Assembly: GCF_963515095.1 (NCBI RefSeq)
Contig: NZ_CAUPXD010000003.1
Span: 7,568-71,567, forward strand
Reading direction: 5' to 3'
DNA: 64,000 bases
Origin: an uncultured Granulicatella sp.
GTDB lineage: Bacteria > Bacillota > Bacilli > Lactobacillales > Aerococcaceae
Shown here: in pieces, positions 30,916 through 42,372 of the stretch
How the letters are laid out: each line of letters opens with the position of its first letter
How positions within the stretch are numbered: the first letter of the stretch is position 1
Made by a program: the position numbers and the translations under genes
The notes under the pieces: generated by a model
Databases searched by the model: none
Told to the model about the DNA's origin: nothing
The model's input: only the letters and a program-made list of their open reading frames with translations

Positions 30916-31961
30916 TTAATCATCAATTCGATAATGAAACTCACTTGCGAATCGTGGAAATTGTTGTCCAGCAAAAATACGATCTTTATCTGTTTGGATA
31001 GGGTCTACGAAAGTACTATTTCTATCATCTGCTATTAGAACTCCTCCGGGGATAATATAAACAGCTGCACCACCAACTGGTAAATTTTTAGGACCATATT
31101 TTCCAATTAATGTGCCTTTATATTCTTTAAAATAAGATAATATCATCTCATAATTTTCATCTACAAGACCTTTTTCATCAAAAATAAAGGTATGCCCAGT
31201 ACCGTCTACCCAAGTGCCTTTTAGGCTTGAATAATCTCCATTTTGAATCGCTTGAATATCTAATTTTTTCTGAGCAACCTCTTTTTGTTTTTCAGGAGAA
31301 GTGATGTACCATTGTGTTGGTTTCCATTCTTTTTGTTTTAAATCTAATTTTTGAGGGAGATTTTTAATTGTATCCTCAGTTGTACCTTCTGTTACGATTT
31401 CAAATGAATCTCCTTTTTTATTAAGGTGATAGTGTGCATATGGAGAAGTACTTGCTGTATCGGTACTAACATAAGAGAAACTACCATTTTCTAATGGATA
31501 TAAGTTTGATTTATCCCCAATTTTATCTAATTTATTAGTAAGTCGAATGACTTTTCCATCTGAAATAGTATAAATGTCTAAAGTGGTATGATCTTCTCTT
31601 CTAGGTCCCATAGAAATCACTAATTCATCTACTCCATTTTTATCAAAATCCTCTAACGTATAGCTAATACCGGGAGCATCATAAACTCTTTTTACGGAAT
31701 AAGCAGTTGAATTAATATTTTGATTTTTGGTAATTGATTTTTTTGTCCGTTATTGTTAGTAACATTCTCAACGACTTCCTTATAATCCTTAAGGACTGAA
31801 TTATACAATGTATAATCCGTTACAGGTTTTGGTGCAACGGTTGTTTGAGTAGTTGTTTCTGCTTCTGTTGTAGCAGAGTTAGAATTAGAACTTGAATTTT
31901 GACAAGCTGTTAATAAGCTAATAGAGATTCCCAGCCCTAGTAGCAAATGAGATTTTTTCAT
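30916..31961 (-). pseudogene. Frameshifted lipoprotein (DUF6287-like C-terminal domain)
   Basis: Lipobox LTAC in the 5' ORF; the second frame is open from about 31750 through DFDKNGVDELVI to DIQAIQNGDYSSLKGTW; a T7 tract at 31738-31744 lies at the junction. Confidence 0.82.
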
Positions 31962-32112
31962 AAATAGAACTCCTTTTTTCTTAGTTTGAAATTAGTATAA
32001 CAAAGGTGTCGTTTATTTTTCAAAAGATATCTTAAAATACGATGATTATGAGGTTTACGAATAGAAAATAGGTGTGTACAATAAAGAAGAGTAAATGGAG
32101 GGAGGAATAAAC

Positions 32113-33567
32113 ATGCAAGAATTCAAAGATGCAACAGCAATGGCAGAAGCTGTACGAAATGGAGAAGTTTCTTCTGTTGAATTAGTTCAAGATGCTTTGT
32201 TTAAAGTAAATCAATTGAATCCAACTTTAAATGCAGTTGTGCATTTGCAAGAAGAAAGAGCGTTAAGAGAAACTCGAACACGCAATTTTAGTGATAAGCC
32301 CTTTGCAGGTGTTCCTTTATTGTTGAAGGATTTAGGACAATGTCAAAAGGGAGAACCTTCTACTGCTGGTTCACGTTTATTTAAAAATATCCTTCAAACA
32401 CATCAAGATACATTAGTCACTAAATTAGAAGAAGCAGGATTTGTCATTATTGGTCGAACAAATACACCTGAATTTGGATTTAAAAATATGACAGAACCGA
32501 GTTTGTGGGGAGTTACTTCAAATCCTTATGATATCAGTCGTAATGCAGGAGGATCGAGTGGTGGTGCAGCAAGTGCAGTGGCGAGTGGAATGGTTCCAAT
32601 TGCGATGGCAAGTGATGGTGGAGGATCGATTCGAATTCCGGCTAGTTTTACTGGTTTGATAGGATTAAAGCCAAGTCGTGGTAGAATCCCTGTTGGTCCA
32701 AATGGCTATCGTGGCTGGCAAGGAGCTTCAGTAAATTTTGCTTTAACTAAAACCGTTCGTGATACAAGAAAATTACTAGAAGTCTTGCAAGTAGAACAAA
32801 TGGAAAGCCCGTTTATATTACCAAAATTATCGAAACATCAACTCTATGGTATCATTGAAAGACCGCTAAAAATTGCGGTCATAGAAGATTCACCGATTGG
32901 CAATAAAGTAGAAGATGCTGCAAAAAATGCTTTGAATCGAGCAGTAAACTTTTTACAAGAAAAAGGACATTCTATTGAAAAAATCCAATGGCCAGTAGAT
33001 GGTATTGAAGTGATGAAAAATTACTATATCATGAATAGTGTAGAAACTGCTACGATGATGGATGGAATTGAAAAAATGCTACAACGTCCACTTACAAAAG
33101 AAGATATGGAATTAATGACATGGGGTATTTACCAATCTGGGCAGCGTATTTTAGCGAAAGATTACAGTGCAGCATTGAACCAGTGGGATTATTGGACAAA
33201 ACAAATGCAAGAGTGTCATGAAGACTATGATGTGATTTTAACTCCATGTGTGAATGATGTCGCTCCAAAACATGATCAGTATCCAATGAAAGAATCTGTT
33301 AGAGTAGCACTAGAGTCTATCGAACAATATTCAGTAAAAGAGCAACAAGAAATTATTTGGAAAATGTTTGAAAAAACATTGGAGTTAACGCCTTTTACTC
33401 AATTAGCCAATATCACTGGGCAACCAGCGATTAGCCTACCGATTTATTGTACACAAGAAGGACTACCGGTTGGAGTGCAAGTGATGGCTGCAAAAGGACG
33501 AGAAGATTTATTATTACAAATTGCAGAAATTTTTGAACAAGAACATCAATGGAATCGAAAAGGTTAA
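32113..33567 (+). CDS. Amidase-signature family protein
   Basis: [28 protein letters not shown]. Confidence 0.95.
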   Translation: MQEFKDATAMAEAVRNGEVSSVELVQDALFKVNQLNPTLNAVVHLQEERALRETRTRNFSDKPFAGVPLLLKDLGQCQKGEPSTAGSRLFKNILQTHQDTLVTKLEEAGFVIIGRTNTPEFGFKNMTEPSLWGVTSNPYDISRNAGGSSGGAASAVASGMVPIAMASDGGGSIRIPASFTGLIGLKPSRGRIPVGPNGYRGWQGASVNFALTKTVRDTRKLLEVLQVEQMESPFILPKLSKHQLYGIIERPLKIAVIEDSPIGNKVEDAAKNALNRAVNFLQEKGHSIEKIQWPVDGIEVMKNYYIMNSVETATMMDGIEKMLQRPLTKEDMELMTWGIYQSGQRILAKDYSAALNQWDYWTKQMQECHEDYDVILTPCVNDVAPKHDQYPMKESVRVALESIEQYSVKEQQEIIWKMFEKTLELTPFTQLANITGQPAISLPIYCTQEGLPVGVQVMAAKGREDLLLQIAEIFEQEHQWNRKG

Positions 33568-33579
33568 GGGGGAAGTAGG

Positions 33580-34704
33580 ATGAGAATTGCAATTATTGGA
33601 GCAGGAATTGTGGGAGCAACGGCTGCATATCAATTATCAAAAAATAAAGAAGTAGAATTAGTCGTCTATGATGATGGAGTTGGTCAAGCTACAAAAGCAG
33701 CAGCAGGAATTATTTGCCCATGGTTATCTCAAAGAAGAAATAAAGATTGGTATCGATTGACCGCAAGAGGAGCTTCTTATTATCCAGAATTAATGGAACA
33801 ATTAAAAGAAGATGGTGTAACGCCATTACCATATGAGCAAGTAGGAGCGTTAGTGTTTAAAAAGACTCCAGAATTATTAGAAAAGTTAGAAAAAATTGCT
33901 GCTGAAAGAAGAAAAGAAGAAGAGAGAATTGGTACTTTAACAAAAATTGAATCTGAAAATATTTCCTCTTATGTTCCTGGATGGAATGGAACTCATGGAG
34001 CCATTCATTGTTCTGGTGGAGGAAGAGTTGATGGGAAACTTTTAGTCGAACAGCAATTGTATTTAGCACAACAAAATGGGGCTAATGTTCAACAAGAAAA
34101 AGTGAGCTTAGTACGAGATGAAAATGGTAAGGTAGTTGTTAAGACCAATAACGGATTGGAACCGTTCGATAAAATTATTGTATCAAGTGGAGCGTGGGTA
34201 AAAGAGTTAATTGAACCACTAGGATATTATGTAGACGTTCGCCCGCAAAAGGGACAATTAATTGAATTAGAATTAGAGACAACTGAAGAAACAGAGAAAT
34301 GGCCTGTTTGTATGTTACACGGAGAAATTGATATTTTACCATTTGCAGATGGTAAAATCATTGTGGGCGCAACACATGAGAATGACCAAGGGTTTGATTT
34401 AAGAGATAGCCAAGATCTACAACAAAAAATGTATGAAGAAGCGTGTGAAGTATTCCCACCGTTAAAAGAAGCTAAATGGCTTGGTAGTCGAATTGGAACA
34501 AGAGCATATACTTCTGATTTCTTACCATTTTTTGGGAGTGTTCCTGGTGAAGAAACACTATTTGTCGCTAGCGGTCTAGGTTCTTCAGGCTTAACTTCAG
34601 GAGTATGGATTGGAGCATTATTAGCACAGTTGTCACTTGGTGATACACCTTTATTTAACGTGGATTCTTATACTCCAGAAAATTATATCCAAAAACTAAT
34701 ATAA
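33580..34704 (+). CDS. FAD-dependent oxidoreductase (DAO/DadA family)
   Basis: GAGIVG, QAT.AAAGII, PQKGQ, GLGSSGLT. Confidence 0.92.
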   Translation: MRIAIIGAGIVGATAAYQLSKNKEVELVVYDDGVGQATKAAAGIICPWLSQRRNKDWYRLTARGASYYPELMEQLKEDGVTPLPYEQVGALVFKKTPELLEKLEKIAAERRKEEERIGTLTKIESENISSYVPGWNGTHGAIHCSGGGRVDGKLLVEQQLYLAQQNGANVQQEKVSLVRDENGKVVVKTNNGLEPFDKIIVSSGAWVKELIEPLGYYVDVRPQKGQLIELELETTEETEKWPVCMLHGEIDILPFADGKIIVGATHENDQGFDLRDSQDLQQKMYEEACEVFPPLKEAKWLGSRIGTRAYTSDFLPFFGSVPGEETLFVASGLGSSGLTSGVWIGALLAQLSLGDTPLFNVDSYTPENYIQKLI

Positions 34705-34785
34705 CAGAAATCAGATTTGTTGTATTTTCTGGAAAATTCTTGTACTATATTCAAAATTAATATTTTAAATATAGGAGGAATTATA

Positions 34786-35172
34786 ATGTTAAAAGAATTT
34801 AAAGAGTTTTTAATGCGTGGGAATGTTGTTGATTTAGCAGTTGCGGTAATCATCGGGGCAGCTTTCAAAGCTATCGTTGATTCATTAGTAAAAGACATTT
34901 TCGAACCAATTATTGCAATGGTATTCAAAGCAGATTCAATTGCAGGAGTATCTGTTCAAATCGGTTCAGCTACACTTGGTGTAGGTGCTTTTGCAGCAGC
35001 AGTTATTAACTTTGTCATTGTAGGTTTTGTTCTTTTCATGGTTGTTAAAGGAATGAACGCTGTTCAAGACTTGGCGAAACGTGGACAAGAAGAAACTGCT
35101 AAAGAAGTCGCTCCAGAACCAAAAGCTGAAGATTACTTACGTGAAATCCGTGACTTATTAGCAAACAAATAA
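34786..35172 (+). CDS. mscL: Large-conductance mechanosensitive channel
   Basis: MLKEFKEFLMRGNVVDLAVAVIIGAAF ... LREIRDLL; AGGAGG RBS. Confidence 0.97.
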   Translation: MLKEFKEFLMRGNVVDLAVAVIIGAAFKAIVDSLVKDIFEPIIAMVFKADSIAGVSVQIGSATLGVGAFAAAVINFVIVGFVLFMVVKGMNAVQDLAKRGQEETAKEVAPEPKAEDYLREIRDLLANK

Positions 35173-35317
35173 TGAGATATAATTTGATGAAGGATGAGGG
35201 TTCTCATCCTTCTTTTGTTTATTAAAAGAATTTTTAAGAAATGTTCTAAAAATACTATGAAAAATTGTAAACGTTTGCTAAAATAGTGTATTAATCTATG
35301 AAAAGGGAGGCTTGAAT

Positions 35318-36478
35318 ATGAAAGTCGTTGTTGCCATTGACTCGTTCAAAGGAAGCTTATCGTCTATGGAAGCTGGGCAAGCGATAGCAGAAGGCGTAAA
35401 ACGAGTTTATCAACATGCGGAGGTAGTAGTTCGTCCATTAGCAGATGGTGGGGAAGGAACTGTTGAAGCATTAGTTGAAGGAATGGGAGGAGTCTTTGTT
35501 ACTAAAGAAGTAACAGGACCATTAGGAGAAAAAGTAGAAGCAGTCTACGGAATTATTGAATCAAAGGATAATTTGAGTAAAACAGCCATTATTGAAATGT
35601 CGGCTGCAGCAGGAATTACATTAGTTCCTGAAGAAAGCCGCAATCCAATGAATACGACTACTTATGGAGTTGGTGAGTTAATTCTAGATGCAATCGAAAG
35701 AGGTTGTCGACATTTTATTGTTGGAATTGGTGGAAGTGCGACAAATGATGGTGGAGTTGGGATGTTACAAGCATTAGGATATGATTTTGTAACACAAGAA
35801 GGCAAGGCTATTTCTTATGGAGGAAATGGACTCAGAGAATTAGCGAGTATTGAAGAGAGCAATGTACATCCAACATTAAAAGAATGTACTTTCAAAGTAG
35901 CTTGTGATGTAACGAATCCATTATGTGGTGAAAATGGCTCCAGTGCTATTTTTGGTCCACAAAAAGGAGCAACTCCTGAAATAGTTCAAGAATTGGATCA
36001 ATTATTATTACACTATGCTGAATTGTCTAAGAACATTAATTCTCATTCAAATAGATTTTATCCTGGAACAGGGGCAGCTGGTGGTATGGGATTTGCATTT
36101 TTAACTTATACTAATGCAACGTTAGAATCAGGTGTTCAAATTGTATTAACAGAAACAAAATTAGAAGAATTAATAACAACTACTGATTTTGTTGTAACAG
36201 GAGAGGGAAGACTTGACGGTCAAACGGCATTAGGCAAAGCTCCAATAGGAGTAGCAGCCTTAGCTAAAAAGTATCAAAAGAAAGTGTTAGCTTTTGCAGG
36301 AGCTGTTACACCAGATGCAAAAGAATGTAATCAACATGGAATTGATGCATTTTTCCCAATTTTAAGAGGAGTTGTAACACTCAAAGAAGCAATGAATAAA
36401 GAAGTCGCTCATCAAAATATGGTGGATACAGTGGAACAAGTTTTTAGGGTAGTAGAAATGATGAAAGAAGGAAAATAA
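35318..36478 (+). CDS. Glycerate kinase
   Basis: DSFKGSL, ADGGEGT, GGSATNDGG, FGPQKGA, TGEG; cre-like TGTAAACGTTTGCT at 35266. Confidence 0.95.
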   Translation: MKVVVAIDSFKGSLSSMEAGQAIAEGVKRVYQHAEVVVRPLADGGEGTVEALVEGMGGVFVTKEVTGPLGEKVEAVYGIIESKDNLSKTAIIEMSAAAGITLVPEESRNPMNTTTYGVGELILDAIERGCRHFIVGIGGSATNDGGVGMLQALGYDFVTQEGKAISYGGNGLRELASIEESNVHPTLKECTFKVACDVTNPLCGENGSSAIFGPQKGATPEIVQELDQLLLHYAELSKNINSHSNRFYPGTGAAGGMGFAFLTYTNATLESGVQIVLTETKLEELITTTDFVVTGEGRLDGQTALGKAPIGVAALAKKYQKKVLAFAGAVTPDAKECNQHGIDAFFPILRGVVTLKEAMNKEVAHQNMVDTVEQVFRVVEMMKEGK

Positions 36479-36479
36479 A

Positions 36480-37736
36480 ATGGTTAGTCAAATTAGTACA
36501 TTAGGAGCTTTAGTTGGATTAATTCTCGCAATTATACTGATTATTAAAAAAGTTCATCCAGCTTATAGTTTAATTTTAGGAGCTTTAGTAGGGGGCGTGA
36601 TTGGTGGAGCAGGGTTAGCAGATTCCGTTAGTGCGATGGTAACAGGAGCACAAGGAATGATGTCTCCGGTATTAAGAATTATGACTTCTGGTATTTTAGC
36701 AGGAGCTTTAATTAAAACAGGTTCTGCTGAAACGATTGCTGAAACAATTGTGAAGAAGTTAGGGGAGAAAAGAGCTGTTGCAGCGATTGCGATTGCTACA
36801 ATGATTATTTGTGCAGTGGGAGTATTTATTGATATTGCTGTTATTACAGTAGCACCGATTGCTATTGCGATTGCAAAAAAAGCAAATTTATCAAAAGCAG
36901 GTATTTTATTAGCGATGATTGGTGGGGGAAAAGCAGGAAATATTATTTCTCCAAATCCAAATACGATTGCTGCTTCAGAAGCATTTCAATTAGATTTAAC
37001 AGCATTAATGGCTAAAAATATTATTCCAGCATTAGTGGCATTAGTTGTGAGTATTGTATTAGCAGGATTTCTAGCAAAGAAAGTCGATCATGCTTTTGAC
37101 AATATGGAAGAGGAAGCAGAACATCACAATTCTGTACCATTTTTCCAAGCAATTCTTGGACCGGTTGTGGTCATTGCGTTATTAGCTTTACGTTCATTAG
37201 TCGGAGTAAGCGTGGATCCTTTAATTGCATTACCAATTGGTGGATTAGTAACGATTTTAGTAACAGGGCATTCAAAACATACCGTAGAATATACTGAATT
37301 TGGATTGAGTAAAGTAATTGGTGTATCGATTTTATTAATTGGAACAGGAACGATTGCAGGAATTATTAAAGCTTCTTCGCTACAAGTTGATATGATTCAT
37401 GTGTTGGAAGCTTTGAATATGCCATCATTCGTTTTAGCACCATTATCAGGTATTTTAATGGGAGCAGCTACAGCTTCTACAACAGCTGGTGCTACGATAG
37501 CTTCTCAAACGTTTGCAGCTCCTCTAGTTTCTTCTGGAGTTCCTGCAGTGGCAGCAGCGGCAATGATTCATGCTGGGGCAACAGTGTTAGATTCTCTTCC
37601 TCATGGCTCATTCTTCCATGCTACTGGAGGCTCAGTCTTTATGAGTATTGAAGATCGTATGAAATTAATTCCTTACGAAGCATTAGTAGGTTTGACAAGT
37701 ACTATTGTTGCAGTGATTTTGTATTTATTAGGGTAA
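36480..37736 (+). CDS. GntP family organic-acid permease
   Basis: Multi-TM; GGGKAGNIISPNPN and LPHGSFFH; paired with glycerate kinase. Confidence 0.88.
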   Translation: MVSQISTLGALVGLILAIILIIKKVHPAYSLILGALVGGVIGGAGLADSVSAMVTGAQGMMSPVLRIMTSGILAGALIKTGSAETIAETIVKKLGEKRAVAAIAIATMIICAVGVFIDIAVITVAPIAIAIAKKANLSKAGILLAMIGGGKAGNIISPNPNTIAASEAFQLDLTALMAKNIIPALVALVVSIVLAGFLAKKVDHAFDNMEEEAEHHNSVPFFQAILGPVVVIALLALRSLVGVSVDPLIALPIGGLVTILVTGHSKHTVEYTEFGLSKVIGVSILLIGTGTIAGIIKASSLQVDMIHVLEALNMPSFVLAPLSGILMGAATASTTAGATIASQTFAAPLVSSGVPAVAAAAMIHAGATVLDSLPHGSFFHATGGSVFMSIEDRMKLIPYEALVGLTSTIVAVILYLLG

Positions 37737-37741
37737 AGTAA

Positions 37742-37779
37742 AAAAGAGTGAAATCGATGAAGGTTGATTTCACTCTTTT
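37742..37779. terminator. Bidirectional terminator
   Basis: AAAAGAGTGAAATC...GATTTCACTCTTTT between convergent genes. Confidence 0.85.
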
Positions 37780-37787
37780 GTTTTGTC

Positions 37788-38738
37788 TTATTCTTCTGAA
37801 CGAGAAATGATTAGTGTTAGATTTCCTTTTACAGTTACATCATGAATTGGTGTTGGTAAGATAAAGGAATCTGCTTTTTTAAGTGCAAATGATTCGTCAT
37901 TTACTACTAGCGTTCCTTCCCCTTCGATAACTGTTGCTAAGTAGTAGTTGTCATCTAATGTAGTAGCGTAAGTTCCATCAATTTCCCATTTCCAAACAGA
38001 GAAATAGTGATTTGTAATGAAATGGGTAATCGTTGCATCATCAAAATTTTCAACTATTTGTTCAAAACTTGGTAATTGATGTGGAATTGTAGTAACATCA
38101 ATCGTTTGTGGAATATGTAATGGACGAGGATTTCCTGCATCATCTTTTCGATCGTAATCATAGACACGGTAAGTAGTGTCAGAGTTTTGTTGTGTTTCTA
38201 AAATGACGATGCCTTTTCCGATAGCGTGAATTGTGCCGCTTGGAACATTGAAGAAATCTCCTGCTTTGACAGGAACTTCTGTAAATAATTCATTCCATTT
38301 TTCTTCTTGGATTAATTGAACAAATTCTTCTTTTGTTTGTGCGGTATGTCCATAAATAATTTTGGCACCTGGTTCAGCAGAGATAACATACCAACATTCG
38401 TTTTTCCCTAATTCGTGTTCATGTTCTAATCCATAAGCATCATCTGGGTGAACTTGAATAGATAAGTCGTCGCTTGCGTCTAAAATTTTGATTAACAAAG
38501 GAAAAGTTGGCAATGTTTGTTGATGAAATAATTCAGCATGCCCAGCATATAGTTCTGTTAATGTCATTCCTTGATATTCAGAAGGAGAAAGAACAGTTGA
38601 TTGTCCATTTGGATGAGCACTAATCGACCAAGATTCACCAACTTTATCACTTGGCAAGGTTAAGTTAAATTCTGTTTGTAATTTTTTTCCGCCCCAAATT
38701 TTTTCTTGTAGGACTGGTTTTAAAAAGATAGGTTGCAT
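37788..38738 (-). CDS. manA: Mannose-6-phosphate isomerase, class I
   Basis: KIWGG, LSIQVHPDD, GKNECWY, GTIHAI, ETQQNSDTTYR. Confidence 0.96.
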   Translation of the reverse strand: MQPIFLKPVLQEKIWGGKKLQTEFNLTLPSDKVGESWSISAHPNGQSTVLSPSEYQGMTLTELYAGHAELFHQQTLPTFPLLIKILDASDDLSIQVHPDDAYGLEHEHELGKNECWYVISAEPGAKIIYGHTAQTKEEFVQLIQEEKWNELFTEVPVKAGDFFNVPSGTIHAIGKGIVILETQQNSDTTYRVYDYDRKDDAGNPRPLHIPQTIDVTTIPHQLPSFEQIVENFDDATITHFITNHYFSVWKWEIDGTYATTLDDNYYLATVIEGEGTLVVNDESFALKKADSFILPTPIHDVTVKGNLTLIISRSEE

Positions 38739-38751
38739 GATGTCGGCTCCT

Positions 38752-39483
38752 TTATGATTTTTTTAATCCGTATGAACTAAATTCAAATAAATCGTATCTA
38801 TGTCTTGAGATAGAATACTCAAATGGTGTTCCATTATCTAGATAGGCAATTTGTTCTACTTCAAAAATAGGTTCAGTAGGGGATAAGTGTAAATATTTTT
38901 GATCTGTTTCCGTACTAATGGAGGCTCGTAAAATTTTCATTGCACTTGCGATACGTAGCTTTAAAGTACCTTCGATATAAGAATAAATAGAATGGTGAAG
39001 AATTTCTTCAGTAATACCACTTATCAAATCAGTACTCATGTAAGTTTGTTCTAAAACGTATGGTTTATCATCAATAATTCTTAATCGAAATATATTGTAT
39101 ATAGGAGAAGATACAGAAATCTGTAACTTTTCAGCGATGCTTTTTGTAGCGAATTCTAATTTAAAATGAATAATTTCTGAATGCACTTGTGCATGCGATT
39201 GTTTAGAAATTTTTGTTAAACCTTGAATATCTCTTTCAGGGACAATAATTTTATGTTTTTGTTCAACTTGAGGCATGATAAAAGTGCCCTGCCCACGTTT
39301 GCGATAAATTAAACCTTCATCCACTAACATGTCTAAAGCTTTTTTTACGGTCATACGACTACAATGAAATTTTTTTGTTAATGAAATTTCATCAGGCAAT
39401 TGCGTATTAGAAGGAGTATCTTGATGTAATATCTCTTCACGTAGTTGTTGATATATTTTTAAATATTTTGTACTCATGTTCAT
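38752..39483 (-). CDS. GntR/UTRA regulator (GmuR-like)
   Basis: LPDE..L, SRMTVKKAL, RGQGTF; UTRA C-terminus. Confidence 0.92.
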   Translation of the reverse strand: MNMSTKYLKIYQQLREEILHQDTPSNTQLPDEISLTKKFHCSRMTVKKALDMLVDEGLIYRKRGQGTFIMPQVEQKHKIIVPERDIQGLTKISKQSHAQVHSEIIHFKLEFATKSIAEKLQISVSSPIYNIFRLRIIDDKPYVLEQTYMSTDLISGITEEILHHSIYSYIEGTLKLRIASAMKILRASISTETDQKYLHLSPTEPIFEVEQIAYLDNGTPFEYSISRHRYDLFEFSSYGLKKS

Positions 39484-39567
39484 TTTCCTTCATTCTTAAT
39501 AAGAAAATTATAACAAACAGATACACAACAATCAACAAACAAAAGAATTTGACTATAACTTTTATAA

Positions 39568-39603
39568 AATATGTCTAGACAAATGAAAATAAAGTGATAT
39601 ACT
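39568..39603 (+). promoter_or_regulatory. GntR-type operator overlapping the GH1-PTS promoter
   Basis: Palindrome TGTCTAGACA (39572-39581) contains -35-like TAGACA; TATACT at 39598-39603. Confidence 0.7.
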
Positions 39604-39636
39604 AATGGTGTAAATATTTGAGGAAGGAGGATAAAT

Positions 39637-41052
39637 ATGGATAAAAATATTGTATTTCCAGAAAATTTTTGGTGGGGAGCTGCTACTAGTGGACCTCAAA
39701 CAGAAGGTAGTACAGATAAAATTCATGAAAATGTAATGGATTATTGGTATAGAAAATCTCCAGAAGTATTTTTTAATCAAGTTGGTCCAGGAGTAGCCAG
39801 TGACTTTTATCATCACTATCAAGAAGATTTTGAGAGAATGACGCAAATAGGATTTAATTCTTTTAGAACTTCAATTCAATGGAGTCGATTGATTAAAGAC
39901 TTCGAAACGGGAGAAGCGGATGGAAGAGCAGTAGAGTTTTATCGTAATGTGATTCAAGAAGCTAAGGAGCGTGGAATTACATTGGTACTAAACTTACATC
40001 ATTTTGATATGCCAATTGATTTATTGAAAAAATATGGTGGTTGGGAAAGTAAGCATGTAGTCAATTTGTTTGTAAAGTTTGCTCGAACTTGTTTTGAACA
40101 ATTCGGAGATGTAGTAGAGTATTGGACTACTTTTAATGAACCGATGGTAATCCCAGAAGCAGGATATTTATATGCATTTCATTATCCAAATAAAAAATAT
40201 TATGGAAAAGAAGCAGTGCAAATTATTTATAATTTAAATTTAGCTAGTGCGAAAGTGATTCAATTATATCGTAGCTTAAATTTAAATGGAAAAATTGGAA
40301 TTATTTTAAATTTAACGCCTGCTTATCCAAGAAGTTCATCAAAAGAGGATGTTGAAGCAGGTCATTTTGCTGATGATTTTTTCAACCGTTCATTTTTAGA
40401 GCCAGCTGTGAATGGAGTATTTCCAGAAAGTTTAGTAGAAATATTAGAACAGGATGGAGTACTTTGGGAACATACAGAAGATGAACTCAATATTTTAAAA
40501 GAGAATACGGTAGATTTTCTAGGAGTGAATTACTATCATCCAAAAAGAGTTCAAGCTCCTGAATCTTCTGAAGCCTTTAATGGAAAATGGATGCCAGATA
40601 AATATTTCTCAGACTATGAGTGGAAAGAACGTAGAATAAATCCTTATAGAGGATGGGAAATTTATCCTAAAGCCATCTATGATATTGCTAAAAATATTCA
40701 AAATAATTACCACAATATCCCATGGTTTATTAGTGAAAATGGAATGGGTGTTGAAGGTGAAGAACGTTTTATGGATAGTCAAGGAATGATTCAGGATGAT
40801 TATCGTATTGAGTTCTATGAAGAGCATTTATTGTGGTTGCATCAAGCGATAGAAGAAGGAAGTAACTGTTTCGGTTATCATACATGGACAGCTTTTGATT
40901 GTTGGTCTTGGAATAATGCATACAAAAATCGTTATGGATTTATTTCGGTAGATTTAGTAACACAAAAAAGAACCATTAAAAAATCGGGATATTGGTACAA
41001 AGAAGTAAGTAATAAAAATGGATTTACGATTGACGTAGATAAATATTTATAA
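39637..41052 (+). CDS. GH1 6-phospho-beta-glycosidase (GmuD-like)
   Basis: FWWGAATSGPQTEG, TFNEP, ISENG, DCWSW.NAYKNRYG. Confidence 0.94.
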   Translation: MDKNIVFPENFWWGAATSGPQTEGSTDKIHENVMDYWYRKSPEVFFNQVGPGVASDFYHHYQEDFERMTQIGFNSFRTSIQWSRLIKDFETGEADGRAVEFYRNVIQEAKERGITLVLNLHHFDMPIDLLKKYGGWESKHVVNLFVKFARTCFEQFGDVVEYWTTFNEPMVIPEAGYLYAFHYPNKKYYGKEAVQIIYNLNLASAKVIQLYRSLNLNGKIGIILNLTPAYPRSSSKEDVEAGHFADDFFNRSFLEPAVNGVFPESLVEILEQDGVLWEHTEDELNILKENTVDFLGVNYYHPKRVQAPESSEAFNGKWMPDKYFSDYEWKERRINPYRGWEIYPKAIYDIAKNIQNNYHNIPWFISENGMGVEGEERFMDSQGMIQDDYRIEFYEEHLLWLHQAIEEGSNCFGYHTWTAFDCWSWNNAYKNRYGFISVDLVTQKRTIKKSGYWYKEVSNKNGFTIDVDKYL

Positions 41053-41065
41053 TGGAGGAATAAAC

Positions 41066-42364
41066 ATGGAAAATTCAAAATTTGTAGATAAATTTGTTGT
41101 GTTTGCTGGGAAACTTGGAAACCAAATTCATCTAAAAACATTAAGAGATGCATTCGCAACAGTAATGCCACTTTATATTCTTGCAGGGTTGGTTGTTTTA
41201 TTAAATAATACTGTATTTAAATGGATTATTTCAGATCCAACTACATTATCAAATGTTCAATATTGGGGAATTACTGTAGCAAATGGAACATTGAATATTT
41301 CAAGTCTTTTAATTGCAGTAATGGTTGGTTATTATTTAGCACAAAATCGTGATTATGAAAATCCATTAGCGGCAGCTATGATTTCAGCAGTTTCATTAAT
41401 TGCGATGATGCCAAATGCCGTTCAAGTTGTGGCAAATGGAGCAAAAGATCCTGTTTCAGTGTCTGGAGTATTAACATTCTCTAACTTAGGTACAGGAGCA
41501 ATGTTCGCTGGGGTTATTGTTGCTTTATTAGCTTCAGAATTATTTATTAAAATTACACGTGTTAAAGCATTGAAAATTCATTTAGGGGATAATGTTCCAC
41601 CTGCAGTTGAAAAATCATTTAACGTTTTAGTACCAGTTATTTTAGTAGTTTCAGTCTTTGGTTTAGTATCAACACTATTATTCAATATTTGGGGAACTAA
41701 CTTAATTACATTAATTACTACATTTATTCAAGAACCATTACGTCACGTAAGTACTGGTCTATGGGGAGCAATCATCCTTTACTCATTAGGAAATATGTTA
41801 TGGTTATTTGGTGTTCACCAAGCCGTTATTTATAGTTCTATTTTAGAACCATTATTAATTATCAACATTCTTGAAAATACAGCAGCTTATAATGCTGGGG
41901 AAGCAATTCCACATATTATTAATGTATCACAAGTTCAAACATATGCATTAATGGGTGGTAGTGGTTCAACAATCTGTTTATTAATTGCTACATTCTTAGT
42001 AAGTAAAAATGCTGCAAGTAGAAATGTTGCAAAATTAGCATTTGCTCCAGGATTATTTAACATTAATGAACCAGTATTATTTGGTTATCCAATTGTTTAT
42101 AACGTATCTATGGCAATTCCATTTATCGGAGTTCCAGCTTTAGGAATTTTAATTAGCTATGTTGCAACAAGTCTTGGATTAATGAGTCCTAGTGTGGTAC
42201 AAGTTCCATGGACTACACCAATTTTTGCTAGCTCATTCTTATCAACTGGTGGTGACTGGAGAGCGGTAGTTGTTCAAGCGATTATCCTAGTTTTAGGAGT
42301 TCTAATTTATATTCCGTTTATCAAAGTTCATGATCGTGTCATGGAAAATCAATACGAAGGTTAG
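41066..42364 (+). CDS. PTS cellobiose-family IIC
   Basis: LRDAF, WLFGVH, MGGSG, PGLFNINEP. Confidence 0.95.
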   Translation: MENSKFVDKFVVFAGKLGNQIHLKTLRDAFATVMPLYILAGLVVLLNNTVFKWIISDPTTLSNVQYWGITVANGTLNISSLLIAVMVGYYLAQNRDYENPLAAAMISAVSLIAMMPNAVQVVANGAKDPVSVSGVLTFSNLGTGAMFAGVIVALLASELFIKITRVKALKIHLGDNVPPAVEKSFNVLVPVILVVSVFGLVSTLLFNIWGTNLITLITTFIQEPLRHVSTGLWGAIILYSLGNMLWLFGVHQAVIYSSILEPLLIINILENTAAYNAGEAIPHIINVSQVQTYALMGGSGSTICLLIATFLVSKNAASRNVAKLAFAPGLFNINEPVLFGYPIVYNVSMAIPFIGVPALGILISYVATSLGLMSPSVVQVPWTTPIFASSFLSTGGDWRAVVVQAIILVLGVLIYIPFIKVHDRVMENQYEG

Positions 42365-42372
42365 TGATTAAT

